Shown here in pieces: positions 30,210 through 41,661 of a stretch of 64,000 nt of DNA. The stretch is taken from the NCBI GenBank assembly GCA_963816145.1, contig CAWFJP010000029.1:1-64000 (forward strand). Reading direction: 5' to 3'. The translations under genes were made by a program, and so were the position numbers. The notes beneath the pieces were generated by a model. That model did no database searches. It was not told the DNA's origin and was given only the letters and a program-made list of their open reading frames with translations. Source of the stretch: an uncultured delta proteobacterium. GTDB taxonomy: Bacteria; Desulfobacterota; Binatia; UBA9968. The first letter of the stretch is position 1. Each line of letters begins with the position of its first letter.

Positions 30210-30932
30210 ATGAAACTCTCCATGGCAAAATGTCTTCGATCGCCAGTCGTTTTTGTCGCGATGGCGCTGCTGGCCGCGTGTTCGGCATCGGCGCCGAATT
30301 ACAGCGCGGTTTTGACCAATCCCGATCGTCCGGCCAATGAGCGCGAACTTGACGCGGCGCGCAAGCCGAATGAGGTACTGGCGTTTTACGGCGTGAAGAG
30401 TGGCGACAAGGTTGCCGATCTCTGGGCCGGGCGCGGCTACTACACGGCGATTCTCTCCGAGATCGTTGGCCCGACCGGTGTCGTCTATACGCAGAACCCG
30501 AGTGCTCGCGATGAAATCAATCAGCGCTGGAAGGGCGCGAAATTCGCCAACGTGCGCGTCACCGACGGCGCTTTCGATAAGCTCACGTTGCCTCAGGACG
30601 GTTCGTTGGACTTTGTGTTGATACACTTGAACTATCACGATGTCGCCATCGAGACGCGTCCGCTTATGAACAAGCGGGTTCTGGCGGCGCTCAAACGGGG
30701 CGGCATCTACGGTGTGGTCGATCATTCGGCGAAAGACGGTTCCGGCAATGAGGCGGTGAAGACGCTGCACCGTATCGACAAGCTGCAGGTCATCAAAGAT
30801 GTGACCGCGGCGGGCTTCAAACTGGCTAAAGAAGGCACCATGCTGCGCAAGCCGGAAGATAGCCGCGATTTCAACGTCAACAAAGAACGCAATAAGGACG
30901 ATCGCTTCGTGCTGGCGTTTGAACGCCCCTAA
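30210..30932 (+). CDS. Predicted class I SAM-dependent methyltransferase-fold lipoprotein
   Basis: LLAAC lipobox; RKPNEVLAF, VADLWAGRGYYT, LNYHD, VVDHSA, DRFVLAF. Confidence 0.8.
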   Translation: MKLSMAKCLRSPVVFVAMALLAACSASAPNYSAVLTNPDRPANERELDAARKPNEVLAFYGVKSGDKVADLWAGRGYYTAILSEIVGPTGVVYTQNPSARDEINQRWKGAKFANVRVTDGAFDKLTLPQDGSLDFVLIHLNYHDVAIETRPLMNKRVLAALKRGGIYGVVDHSAKDGSGNEAVKTLHRIDKLQVIKDVTAAGFKLAKEGTMLRKPEDSRDFNVNKERNKDDRFVLAFERP

Positions 30933-30956
30933 GGCGAGAAAGACTGGGAGTTAGTT

Positions 30957-31673
30957 ATGATCAAGCGCCTTTTGGCAACGTTTGTTTTCGCGTTGGCCGG
31001 AATTTTTCTGGCGGGGTGCGCTGCGACTTCGACGCCCAATTATTCAGCAATTTTGACCAATACCAACCGTCCGCAAGCGGAACGAAACATCGATGCCGTG
31101 CGCAAGCCGAACGAGGTGATGGCGTTCTTTGGCGTGAAGGACGGACAAAAGGTCGCTGACATCTTCGCTAGCCGGGGTTACTACACGGCGATCTTGTCCC
31201 AGTTGGTCGGACCTCAAGGAATTGTCTATTCCGCCAATCCGGCGCCGCGTCAGGAATTGCACGACCGGCTGAAACAGCCGGGCATGGGTAATGTGCGCGT
31301 GATCGATGGACCGTTCGACAAGCTGGCGTTGCCCCAGGACGGTTCGCTCGATTTTGTTATACTCCATCTCGACTACCACGAGATCGCCGCCGAAATTCGG
31401 CGCCCGATGAACGCGCGCATCTTCGCCGCGTTAAAGCGCGGCGGCAGTTATGGCGTGGTCGATCATTCGGCAAAAGACGGCGTCGGCGACAGCGAAGCGA
31501 AAACCCTGCACCGCATGGACAAGCTGCTGGTGATCAAGGAAGCGACCAGCGTCGGCTTTCGCTTGGCCGAAGAAGGCAAAATGCTCAGCCGCCCGGAAGA
31601 TACCCGTGACTTCAGCGTGGTCAAAATCCGCGATAAGAGCGATCGTTTCGTGTTGAAGTTTGTCAAGCCGTAG
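30957..31673 (+). CDS. Predicted methyltransferase-fold lipoprotein, tandem paralog
   Basis: LAGC lipobox; VADIFASRGYYT, LDYHE, DRFVLKFVKP. Confidence 0.8.
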   Translation: MIKRLLATFVFALAGIFLAGCAATSTPNYSAILTNTNRPQAERNIDAVRKPNEVMAFFGVKDGQKVADIFASRGYYTAILSQLVGPQGIVYSANPAPRQELHDRLKQPGMGNVRVIDGPFDKLALPQDGSLDFVILHLDYHEIAAEIRRPMNARIFAALKRGGSYGVVDHSAKDGVGDSEAKTLHRMDKLLVIKEATSVGFRLAEEGKMLSRPEDTRDFSVVKIRDKSDRFVLKFVKP

Positions 31674-31695
31674 CTTGTGGCATGCCTGCAAATTT

Positions 31696-34587
31696 TTATT
31701 TGAGTTGGTCGAGCAGTTCGTTCGCGGCTTTCAAATCCGGCGTGTCGAAGCCTTCGGTGAACCAGCCGTAGATTTGTGCCAGCATTCGTTTCGCTTCTTT
31801 TCCCTTGCCGGTTTTCTGCCACAGCCGACACAGGCTCATGGTGGCACGGAGTTCCAGAGACTTGGCTTTTTGGCTGCGTGCTAACACGATGGCGTTATTA
31901 AAGCGTTCTTGCTTCGCGGTTGTCCCGCCGGCGGCCTCGCCTTGGAGACGCCACAGCTCGGCATCATAGTAGGAATCTTTTGTGATCTTACTCAGCGCCA
32001 AGCCTCGATCGATGGCGGCGCGGGCCGCAGTGCGATTTTTCGCCAGCAACCATGCCTCCGTTTCAAATGCGTAGAACACGGGCTTGGAATTGTCCGCACC
32101 GGTAGCTTTCCACCGACTGACGCCTTCTCGTATCAGTTGCATTCCTAAGTCGAGATCGCCAAGCTTGCACTTGGCTGAACCCTTCAGGATCGTGGCTAAT
32201 GCAGTCCAATGGTCAAACCCGCTCTCACTGGCGACGTGCAGAGCCGAGTCACACCAATACAAGCTCGTTTGCGGATCGCCGCTGTAGGTGAAGTAGGTCG
32301 CGATCAAAGCATAAGTGAGCGCTTGATCGTAGGGCGTCGGATATTGACGAGCGAATTCACTCGCATTGTCGATTTCCACCAAGGCCCGGTCGGGAAAGCC
32401 CAAGAACCACAATGAATGGGCATTGTATGTACCGGCACCGAGCAATGGATTCCAACCGCAAATCGACGCGGCGGCTTCAGCGTGTTTGGCGTTACTCGAA
32501 GTTGCGACCTTCGCCAGATTGTGGTGCGCCTCATTAAAACGACCCAGATAAAAATCGGTGATGCCGACTGACATCGAGGCGATCATGTTAAATTCCAACG
32601 TCTTTGTTGCGTTTGGCAACAGTAACCATTTCGCTGCCCAAAGCGCGCGCCAGCGGCAGGTCGGCGTGAACCGTATGAAATAACCAAAGTCCAAAGAACG
32701 TTCGAAAAAGCAAGTGATCGTTGTCGTTTCGCGCGAAAGTTCACGAGCCTTCGAGAAGGCTGCTCTTGCCTCGGGTGCGGCGAACCCCTGTGAGTTTGCG
32801 TATGCGACACCGAGAAGGAGCTGAAAGCTAAGCTCGATATCGTTAACCGCCGCATCTTTCTTGAGGTGTCCGATCAGGGACAACCCCTTGGTGGCGTGAA
32901 TGATGGCTTCGTCATAGCCGCATTTCCCGTGGGCGATTTGCGCCGATGCCAACAGATACTTCACTGCCCGTGCGTAATCGCCGCCGTGCTCGAAATGCAA
33001 CGCCAGTTCGGCGGCGACCTGATCGGTCGCGCCAGCGTAGGCTGCTTCGGTTCGCGCCCCGATCGCTTGGTGCAGGCGTCTACGCCGCGCTTCATCGACC
33101 CGTTGGTAGACGACGTTTTGGTACAAAGCGTGGACGAAACTATAACGCGGTGTGCTCCGTGCCATTGGGCCTGGTGCGCAAACCCGAATATTGTAAAAAC
33201 TGACCGCGCCTGGCCAAGTCGCGATATTGACACTCGGCATGCTCTCGCGCTGCGTTCCAACACCGGCGCGATCATCGCGACCGAAAACGTCGTGCCGGCG
33301 ATGCTCGCCGTCTCTCAGAGTTCCTGGTCAGCCGGGGCAAGGGCATTGACCTGCCGGTCGATCAAATCCCTGATGGTTCCCGGCACTTTGTCCAATTCGC
33401 TGTTGTCGAGCAATTTCACCGCGCCGTTTTCCCGCACGATGGCGTCACGGTCGACCAGATAATCCGTCACATTGACCATGAACAGCGGATTGCCCTCCGA
33501 GCGGCGATACACCGCTGCGACAGAACCGGCTGCGCCACGGCAGTCAGTCTCAAAGCGCGCCGCGAGATATTCGCCGACGGCGGCTTGATTTAAAAGCTTG
33601 ATCGGTAAATGGGCACAATAGTTGTGCAGTTGCAGTTCGGTTTTGAGGTCTTTAAGCGGGTGGTTGAATTGTTCGACTTCATCTTCACGGTAAGTGCCGA
33701 TGATCATCAGCCGCGCCGCTTCGCGGCGGCGCGCCAGGTAAGCGATCAACGCCAGCGTCGAGGGGTCGAGCCAATGAAGATCTTCGACATACCAACAGGA
33801 CCGTTCGGGTTTTGGCGATCTCTTCTAGAAACGCGGCGATCTCGCGCAACCGGCGTTCGGGTGTCACGCCCAAGTTTTGGCGCGCCAGCTCGGCGCTCTC
33901 GTCGGCGCTGACTAGCCCAGGTAGACTTAGCAACCAACTCGGCGCCAGGCGGCGCAGAGCCGCGATCGCCACCGCCCCGTCGGGCAGCTTGCACAGCCGG
34001 TCCAACATATCGAGGATCGGCAAGTAGGCCTCGCCGGCGCCGTACTGCTCGATACATTGGCCTTGGGCGACGACGACGCCTTCGGCAAGCGCAGCGCGGA
34101 CAAACGTTTCCACCAGCGTCGTCTTGCCGATGCCGGCTTCGCCGGTGACGAAGACCATCTGCCGCCTGCCGCCGTGGGCTAGTTCCAAATGGCGCTGGAG
34201 CCCTGCCAGTTCGCTCTGCCGGCCGACGAAACGATTGAGCGACGATGACTCCGAGCCGTCGGAACCAATGATCCGAACCGGCGCGATGAAACGATAGCCG
34301 TCGCGTCCGACGGTGGCGATATATTGCGGTTTTACCGGACTGTCGCCCAGCGCCTTGCGCACCGTGCCGAGGGTTACCTTTAATGCCGCGTCATGGACGC
34401 TGGCGTTGTCCCATACATGGCGCAAAAGATCTCTTTTTGAAATGACCTGATTGGGATGTTGGGCGAGAAAGCAGAGCAGGCGAAAGGCCTTGCCGCGCAG
34501 CGCTATGCGCACGCCGTCGGCATAGAGTTCTGTCCCGACAAGATCGAGACTAAAAGGGCCGAAAATAAGTTGTTGATCGTTGGTCAC
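31696..34587 (-). pseudogene. Winged-HTH (OmpR/CadC) + AAA ATPase + TPR-like regulator, multiply disrupted
   Basis: FGPFSLD...YIATVGRDGYRF, FVGRQSEL, GEAGIGKT, EDLHW (frameshift ~33790), EGNPLF, in-frame TGA at 33315, further shifts near 33250-33150 and 32730-32590; C-terminal SLELRATMSL...WFTEGFDTPDL. Confidence 0.85.
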
Positions 34588-34844
34588 CGGTGCCTAAGCC
34601 GTTGTTGTTATAACTAGCCTCACAGCGCCGCGATTCTCCTGCGGTATAACACCGACCTGTTTCAAATATCAACCGGCGAAATCCGGCGGTGGGTGGCGGA
34701 CTTATGAGTTACTGGGTTCGACTCATGTCGAGTCGATCGGCGATGTTTGGTTGGCGGGAAGCGTTTCGCCGATAATAGTGCCTGCGCAGTCGAGTCGGTC
34801 TCTCAGACCGCTTGGAAGCAAAGAATATTCGAAGTCCGCGAAAA

Positions 34845-34854
34845 AATTTTACCG
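34845..34854 (+). promoter_or_regulatory. AATTTTACCG motif upstream of the collagen-protein gene
   Basis: The identical 10-mer occurs twice at 36574-36595. Confidence 0.45.
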
Positions 34855-34987
34855 CTTAAGGATTGTTGCGGTCTCCCCGTCTTGTCATAAATCGCGGCGA
34901 TTCATGTTCGTATGGCTTGAATAATTTTCTTCGACCGCAAGCGAAGTCACTTGCAGTTGAACTAATACCGACAGGAGATCGAAATAA

Positions 34988-36220
34988 ATGCGATTAATCA
35001 AAATGGCTGGTACCGTTGGGCTAGCGTTGGCGCTGGCGGCTCATTTATGTGTGCCTGGTGCGTCCCATGCTACCGACGTCAAACTCACCAGTGATAGCCA
35101 CACTTCATCCAGCAAGTCCTCATTCAATTTCTCTCTCAATAGCAGCCTGAGCATTTCCAGCACCGAAAAAGGCTTTTTACAGTTCGATCTGACCGATCTC
35201 CCCGCGGGGGTGGGTAGCTCAGATGTCGAGCGAGCCAACGTAAAAATTTATGTCGCTAACTTGACTACCCCCGGAAGTTTCCAAATCTGCCCGGTAACCA
35301 GCGCTTGGAGCGAAGGGACCATTACGCATAACAATGCACCGGGTTTTAACTGCGCGATTGCGTCGGCAAACGGCTCGGTTGGATCCGGAGACCGTCAACA
35401 CTATATCACGGTCGACGTGACGAGCATCGTCAAGTACTGGTTGGATAACCCTGGATCGAATTATGGCGTTGCGCTGACATCAACGTCGTCTGCGAATTTT
35501 GCGATCGACAGCAAAGAAGGCCCCGACGGCCGGGATGCCAAACTTGACGTCTCGCTATTTGATACCGGCGCGCAAGGTCCAGCCGGACCCGCCGGGCCGC
35601 AAGGGCCGCAAGGTCCGCAAGGCCCGGCTGGCGCTGATGGAGCTACTGGAGCGCAAGGGCCGATCGGACCCACCGGACCGCAAGGACCACAAGGTCCGGC
35701 TGGCGCTGATGGCACTACTGGTCCCCAAGGGCCAACTGGAGCTACTGGTCCACAGGGGCCCAGCGGTTTCGGTAGGCTGGTGCTTAACCAGTCGTGGTCG
35801 CTTGGGACGGCTGTTTCTGCGGTTGGGACTGGCGAAGGCCGGTGGAAGAATGTTCTGTTGTCCGTATTGAATCCGGTTGAATATACCGTTAACGGCGGTC
35901 CTCTGCTTATAAATATGAATATTGTTCTGACTGGAGGAAGCACTGCGACCTGTCGTCCCATGATCGATGACCTATGGGCTGGCGACTATAGTGGACTCGT
36001 AAAATCCCCGAACGATCCTTTTTGGACCGAAGGAAATATAGCTGTCGGCGGGCTTGGCGGATCCCACAGCTGGAGCACAACACGGATCTATACTGGCATA
36101 CCCGCGGGAAATCACACATTTGAGATACAGTGCGCAACGGACTCCGGTGTTTTGCAGGTCAATCAAACGAGTGGTAGCAGCGTTACGTATTCTTATTGGA
36201 GCGTGATTGAGTTGCAGTGA
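34988..36220 (+). CDS. Exported DNRLRE(CBM96-like)-domain, collagen-repeat protein with C-terminal beta head
   Basis: Signal peptide; [32 protein letters not shown]...NYGVAL, SKE; about 22 Gly-X-Y triplets. Confidence 0.8.
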   Translation: MRLIKMAGTVGLALALAAHLCVPGASHATDVKLTSDSHTSSSKSSFNFSLNSSLSISSTEKGFLQFDLTDLPAGVGSSDVERANVKIYVANLTTPGSFQICPVTSAWSEGTITHNNAPGFNCAIASANGSVGSGDRQHYITVDVTSIVKYWLDNPGSNYGVALTSTSSANFAIDSKEGPDGRDAKLDVSLFDTGAQGPAGPAGPQGPQGPQGPAGADGATGAQGPIGPTGPQGPQGPAGADGTTGPQGPTGATGPQGPSGFGRLVLNQSWSLGTAVSAVGTGEGRWKNVLLSVLNPVEYTVNGGPLLINMNIVLTGGSTATCRPMIDDLWAGDYSGLVKSPNDPFWTEGNIAVGGLGGSHSWSTTRIYTGIPAGNHTFEIQCATDSGVLQVNQTSGSSVTYSYWSVIELQ

Positions 36221-36573
36221 ACGGGACAATATTCCTGTGCTTCCAAAAGTCACGTCGGGTTGAATCATTTCGCAGCCTCGTAGGCCCAGTTGGTATGCAA
36301 TGGAATCCGGGATCGGATCGGGACTCGGATTTTCCTTGGATGCAGACGGTCTACGAGGCTTCGGTCCTTACGTGACGACACGCCCCATTTTAATCTCTAT
36401 GCGGCAATTTCGCGCAACTTGCTGCTATTGTTTGAACGATTAAATTCCGATTCAGTCGCTGATTAATCGGTGTGCGCGATCGCGTCAATTGTTGTGACTT
36501 GACGCGATCGAACCCTCCTCACGCCTTCCGCAGCGCGGCGATCTTAAATATTCGTCGAAAGCCTCAGACAAGA

Positions 36574-36595
36574 AATTTTACCGATAATTTTACCG
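36574..36595 (+). promoter_or_regulatory. Tandem AATTTTACCG direct repeat (12-bp period) upstream of the kelch gene
   Basis: aattttaccg-at-aattttaccg. Confidence 0.5.
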
Positions 36596-36977
36596 TTCGC
36601 GATTGAGCCCAGAGCGCCACTTATGCGAAGTGGGTGAAAATTTATCCGAATTTTTGTCTTGTTTTGTCGGAGAAGGGCTACATCAGGTGAGAATGCCGAG
36701 CTATCGGGTTTGGGTGACGAGCGCCAAGCAAGGTAATTCCACTTTCAATAGCGAGAAAATTACGGCGCTTCAGGCGAGATATGTGACGACCACGAATAGA
36801 ACGCACGAGGACCACATGCATCGTGGCGATCGACAACGCATCTTGGGTGACGATTCTGAGTTGCGGCGAAGGGGAGCTATGAAGATGGCAATCTATCAGA
36901 GCGAGTTTTTTCTCGGTGCGTTATTACCCTCTGCCCTACGTCTAGCAACCTAAACTGAAGCTTATCGGAGAAAAATA

Positions 36978-39900
36978 ATGACTAAACTCCGTCCGCTGGG
37001 ATCAGCACACAAAGCCGTGTTTTTATTAGCTTTGGTTTTTGTGACCGGCTTGAGTACGCCCCAGGTGGCACGAGCCGATGGTTGGCTACTCGGGTCTGGT
37101 ATGAGCACTGCTCGTTATTTACACACAGCGACGCTGCTGACGGATGGGCGAGTGCTGGTGACGGGTGGAACCACGGGCAATATCGCTATCGCTAGCGCGG
37201 AGATCTACGATCCAACGAGTAACAGTTGGACGCCAGGGAGTGGCGCCGGGTCAGTGCCGTCGATGAGTACGACCCGTTTTTTACACACAGCGACACTGCT
37301 GACGGACGGGCGAGTGCTAGTGACGGGCGGTTGCACATCGAGCTGCTCTACCGCCAGCGCGGAGATCTACGATCCGGCGAGTAACAGTTGGACGCCAGCG
37401 AGTGGCGCCGGGTCAGTGCCGTCGCTGAGTACGGCTCGTAATTCCCACACAGCGACACTGCTGACGGACGGGCGAGTGCTGGTGACGGGTGGACACACGG
37501 GTAGTGTCGTTACCGCCAGCGCGGAGATCTACGATCCAACGAGTAATAGTTGGACGCCAGGGAATGGCGCCGGGTTAGTGCCGTCGATGAGCACGGCTCG
37601 TTTACCACACAGCGACACTGCTGACGGACGGGCGAGTGCTGGTGACGGGCGGGTACACAGTTGAGCTGTGCTATACCGCCAGCGCGGAGATCTACGATCC
37701 GACGAGTAACAGCTGGACGCCAGGGAGTGGCGCCGGGTCAGTGCCGTCGATGAGCACGGGTCGTGTTTCCCACACAGCGACACTGCTGACGGACGGGCGA
37801 GTGCTGGTGACGGGTGGACACACGGGTAGTGTCGGTACCGCCAGCGCGGAGATCTACGATCCAACGAGTAACAGCTGGACGCCAGGGAGTGGCGCCGGGT
37901 CAGTGCCGTCGATGAGCACGGGTCGTGTTTCCCACACAGCGACACTGCTGACGGACGGGCGAGTGCTGGTGACGGGCGGACTCACGAGTAGTGGCGCTAT
38001 CGCCGGTGCGGAGATGTATGAACCAGATAATATTCTCATCGACCAGACCATCCTCGTAACGCAAAGCGCACCGACCAGCGCGGTGTATGGAACAATATTT
38101 AACGTCGCCGCGACGGGTGGCGGCTCCGGCAATGCCGTGGTCATCGCAGCCTCAGGCCCCTGCTCGGGTGGCGGTAATAGCTCCGCCTTCATTACTATGA
38201 CCAGCGGCACAGGTACTTGCACCGTAACCTTTAATCAAGCCGGTAACACCGCCTATCTGCCGGCGCCAACGGTGACACAGTCGGTAACAGCGCTCGCTGA
38301 CGACACACCGCCCGATACGACCATCACGTCTGCAGCGGCCAATCCCACCAGTAGTACCTCTGCGACTTTTAGCTTCACATCGACGGAGCCGACCGGTGCG
38401 ACTTTTCTTTGCAGTCTGGACAATGCGGATTACACAATTTGCACCAGCGGGATTTCCTACAGTGGATTGCTACCGGGAAGTCACATCTTTCGGGTGAGCG
38501 CCGTTGACGCTGCTGGCAACGTCGACCAGTCGCCCGCGAGTCACAATTGGACGATCAATGCACCGGACACCACACCGCCGGAAACAACGATCGCTTCCAA
38601 GCCATCTAGTGTGACTAACAAAACCAACGCAACTTTCACCTTCGCGTCCTCGGAGGCGGGTAGCACGTTCGTGTGTAGTCTCGACGGAGGTACGTTCACT
38701 GCTTGCATCAGCCCCCAGAACTACACAGGTCTGGCAAATGGCAACCACAGTTTTCAAGTGCAAGCGAGCGACTCGGCCGGTAATCCTGATCAGTCACCTG
38801 CTAGTTACAACTGGACGATTGATAACAGCTTAATAACCGTCTTACAGGGTACGATAACGGATCGGTCGACGGGTTTACCGATCGTTGGGGCGTCGGTGAC
38901 AATATACGGTCAGGGTAATGCCACGGTTAACACCGATAGTAACGGGGCATACTCGTTTACTGGCCAGCAGTATCCATTCACAGGTTCGGTCACTCTTGGT
39001 GTTACGGCCCGAGGGTATTTTGCGAGTATGACCTCGGTCAACATTGTTGCGCCGTTCCCGGTAACGGTCGATAAATCTCTGTTGCCTGGTGGGATAATTC
39101 TCGGGGGTACAGTGACCGATGCCGGCACAAACCAGCCGATCGCGAGTGTAGGCGTCTGCTATTCGGGAGGCCTTAATTTTTATGATCTCGATGGGTTCTC
39201 CGGTGGCAGTATACGTAGATGTGCAACAACGGATCTTTCGGGAAATTACTCTTTAGACAGTTCGGTACTTGTCGAGGCCGCCGCCACGGCGGGAGCAACG
39301 GGTCAGTTTACGGCAAGTGCAGCGGGTTACCTTAACCTCACTCAGAATGGGCTTCACATCGCACCACCATACCCAGTCACACAAAATATTGCCCTGACAT
39401 GGACAGGTTTAACAACTCAGACGACAGTCGCCACGGTTCCGGCGGGGCTCGTCATAACCGTCGACAATGTTAATTACATATCACCGCAAACATTCATATG
39501 GATTCCTGGTAGCGTTCATACAATTGCGACGACATCGCCTCAGGGAACATCTGGCACGCAAATCGTTTTCAATAACTGGAGTGACAACGGGGCAATTTCA
39601 CATACTCTTGCGGCACCAAGCACTAACAGCACGCTGACTGCAAATTTCACAACGCAATATCAGCTCTCCACATCCGCGAGTCCATCGTCCGGTGGATCCG
39701 TGACTGCTGGAGGACTGTTCAATCCGGGTGCGTCTGTGGTCATCACTGCGACGCCAGCTGCTGGATTCCACTTTACCGGATTCACGGGCGATCTTTCGGG
39801 TACGACCAATCCTCAGACGGTTGTCATGAATGGGCCGCGAAACGTGACCGCGACCTTTGCGCTGATCGTATTCCCGGATACGACTATCACCTCTGCTCCG

Positions 39901-41661
39901 CCTTCACAGACAAACAGTAGCAACGCGAGCTTTAGTTTCTCATCGACCGAGGTGCCGAGCACATTCGAGTGCAGCCTTGATGGCAGCGCGTTTGCGTCCT
40001 GTCTGAGTCCGGCGAGTTACGGACCGCTAGCGGATGGAAATCATACGTTCCAAGTCCGCGCGACGAATCAATTCGGAGACACTGATCCAACACCGGCGAG
40101 TTACACTTGGACGATCACGACAGGGGATATCACTCCGCCTGAAACAACCATCAGCGGGAGTCCGGCGGCGGTGACGACCGCGACCAGCGCGAGCTTTACG
40201 TTCACGTCGAGCGAACCGGGGAGCACGTTCCAATGCCGTTTGGATACGGCGGCGTTTGCAACCTGCACGAGTCCGCGGAACTTTACGGGACTGGCGGTTG
40301 GATCGCATATCTTCGAAGTGCGGGCCACGGATGCTGCCAACAATACCGATCCGTCCCCCGCAAGCTTCACCTGGGTAATCGACCGGACGGCGCCGAATAC
40401 GACGATCACGTCCGGCCCGTCGTCGCCGACCAATCAGACCAGTGCGACTTTCACCTTCGAGTCTAACGACGCGGGCAGCACCTTTCAGTGCCGCCTCGAT
40501 ACGCCGACCTGGACGCCGTGTACGAGTCCGATCAGCTACAGCGTATTGACGGCGGGCGGGCATACGTTCCGCGTGCGCGCCATCGACCCGGCGGGCAACA
40601 CCGACGGTAGTCCAGCGGTGTTTAGCTGGACGATCGATCTGACCGCGCCAAACACGACGATCACGAACCCTCGTCCGACGGATCCAAGCAACAGCACAAT
40701 CGCGACGTTTACCTTCACGGGGAGCGTGGCCAACAGCACGTTTGCATGCAGTCTGGATACTGCACCGTTTGCGCCGTGCTCATCGCCAGCGACATACAAC
40801 GGCTTGGCGGACGGCAGCCACAGTTTCCAGGTGCAGGCGACGGACCCGGCGGGCAATCCCGATCCGACTCCGGCGGTGTTCAACTGGACTGTGGACACCG
40901 TCGCGCCGGATACGGCGATCACGAGCGCCCCGCCGTCGTTATCGAACAGCGGCGGCGCGAGCTTTACCTTCAGCGCGAATGACACCGGAGCGACTTTCCA
41001 GTGCAGCCTGGACGGTGCAGCATTTACCAACTGCAATAGTCCGCGCAATTACACGGCACTCGTCAGTGGAGTGCACACTTTCCAAGTGCGGGCACGAGAC
41101 CTTGCGGGCAACGTCGATCCAAGTCCAGCGAGCTATGGCTGGACGGTGGACCGCACCGACCCGATCGCGACGATCACGTCGGGCCCGCCGACGCCGACTA
41201 ACGTGACGACGGCGACCTTCACGTTTGCCGCAGACGATCCGGCGGCGACTTTCGAGTGCCGCTTGGACGGAGCTGCCTTCGCGGCCTGCACGAGCCCAGT
41301 CAATTTCTCCGGCTTGGCCAACGGCAATCGCAACTTCCGCGTGCGCGCTACTGATGTGGCAGGAAACATTGGACCCGTAGCCCTCTACACATGGACCGTG
41401 GATACCACGCCGCCCAATACCAACATCACGGGAAATCCGGGCACGATAACGACCAGCGCCACGGCGACGTTCACATTCACGGCGAACCAGGCGGACAGCA
41501 CTTTTGAATGCAACGTCGATAATGCTGGGTTTACGAGCTGTTCGAGTCCGGCGACGTTCAATGGGTTCGCAGTCGGAACCCATAACTTCCAGGTGCGCGC
41601 CATCGACCCGGCGGGAAACACGGATGCTACGCCAGCGAACTTCAACTGGACGGTACAGTAA
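36978..41661 (+). CDS. Large exported protein: six kelch repeats, Ig-like repeats, carboxypeptidase-regulatory-like and B-repeat-like domains; split by a frameshift near 37603
   Basis: Signal peptide; R..HTATLLTDGRVLVTGG...SAEIYDP x6; nine PDTTI...TF.CSLD...HTF.VRA.D.AGN.D..PA...WT units. Confidence 0.85.
37101..38025 (+). repeat. Six coding tandem repeats of 162 bp (unit 4 is 163 bp, unit 6 partial)
   Basis: Unit starts at 37101, 37263, 37425, 37587, 37750 and 37912. Confidence 0.95.

Noticed and set aside
33315-33317. Stop-codon recoding (in-frame TGA here and at 458, TAA at 49356)
   Set aside because: Different stop codons are involved, two co-occur with frameshifts, and intact genes use TGA, TAA and TAG as normal stops
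35560-35770. Eukaryote-derived collagen
   Set aside because: Short Gly-X-Y tracts are common in bacterial and phage surface proteins, and the flanking domains look bacterial
36603-36953. 116-aa ORF upstream of the kelch gene
   Set aside because: TTG start with no RBS and no motifs; more likely a long leader or promoter region
37101-38025. CRISPR-like array of constant and variable segments
   Set aside because: Units are in-frame kelch coding repeats with very short variable parts; no cas genes
36978-38025. Complete classical DGR in the window
   Set aside because: No reverse transcriptase, accessory gene or template repeat found; many adenines in the units are invariant
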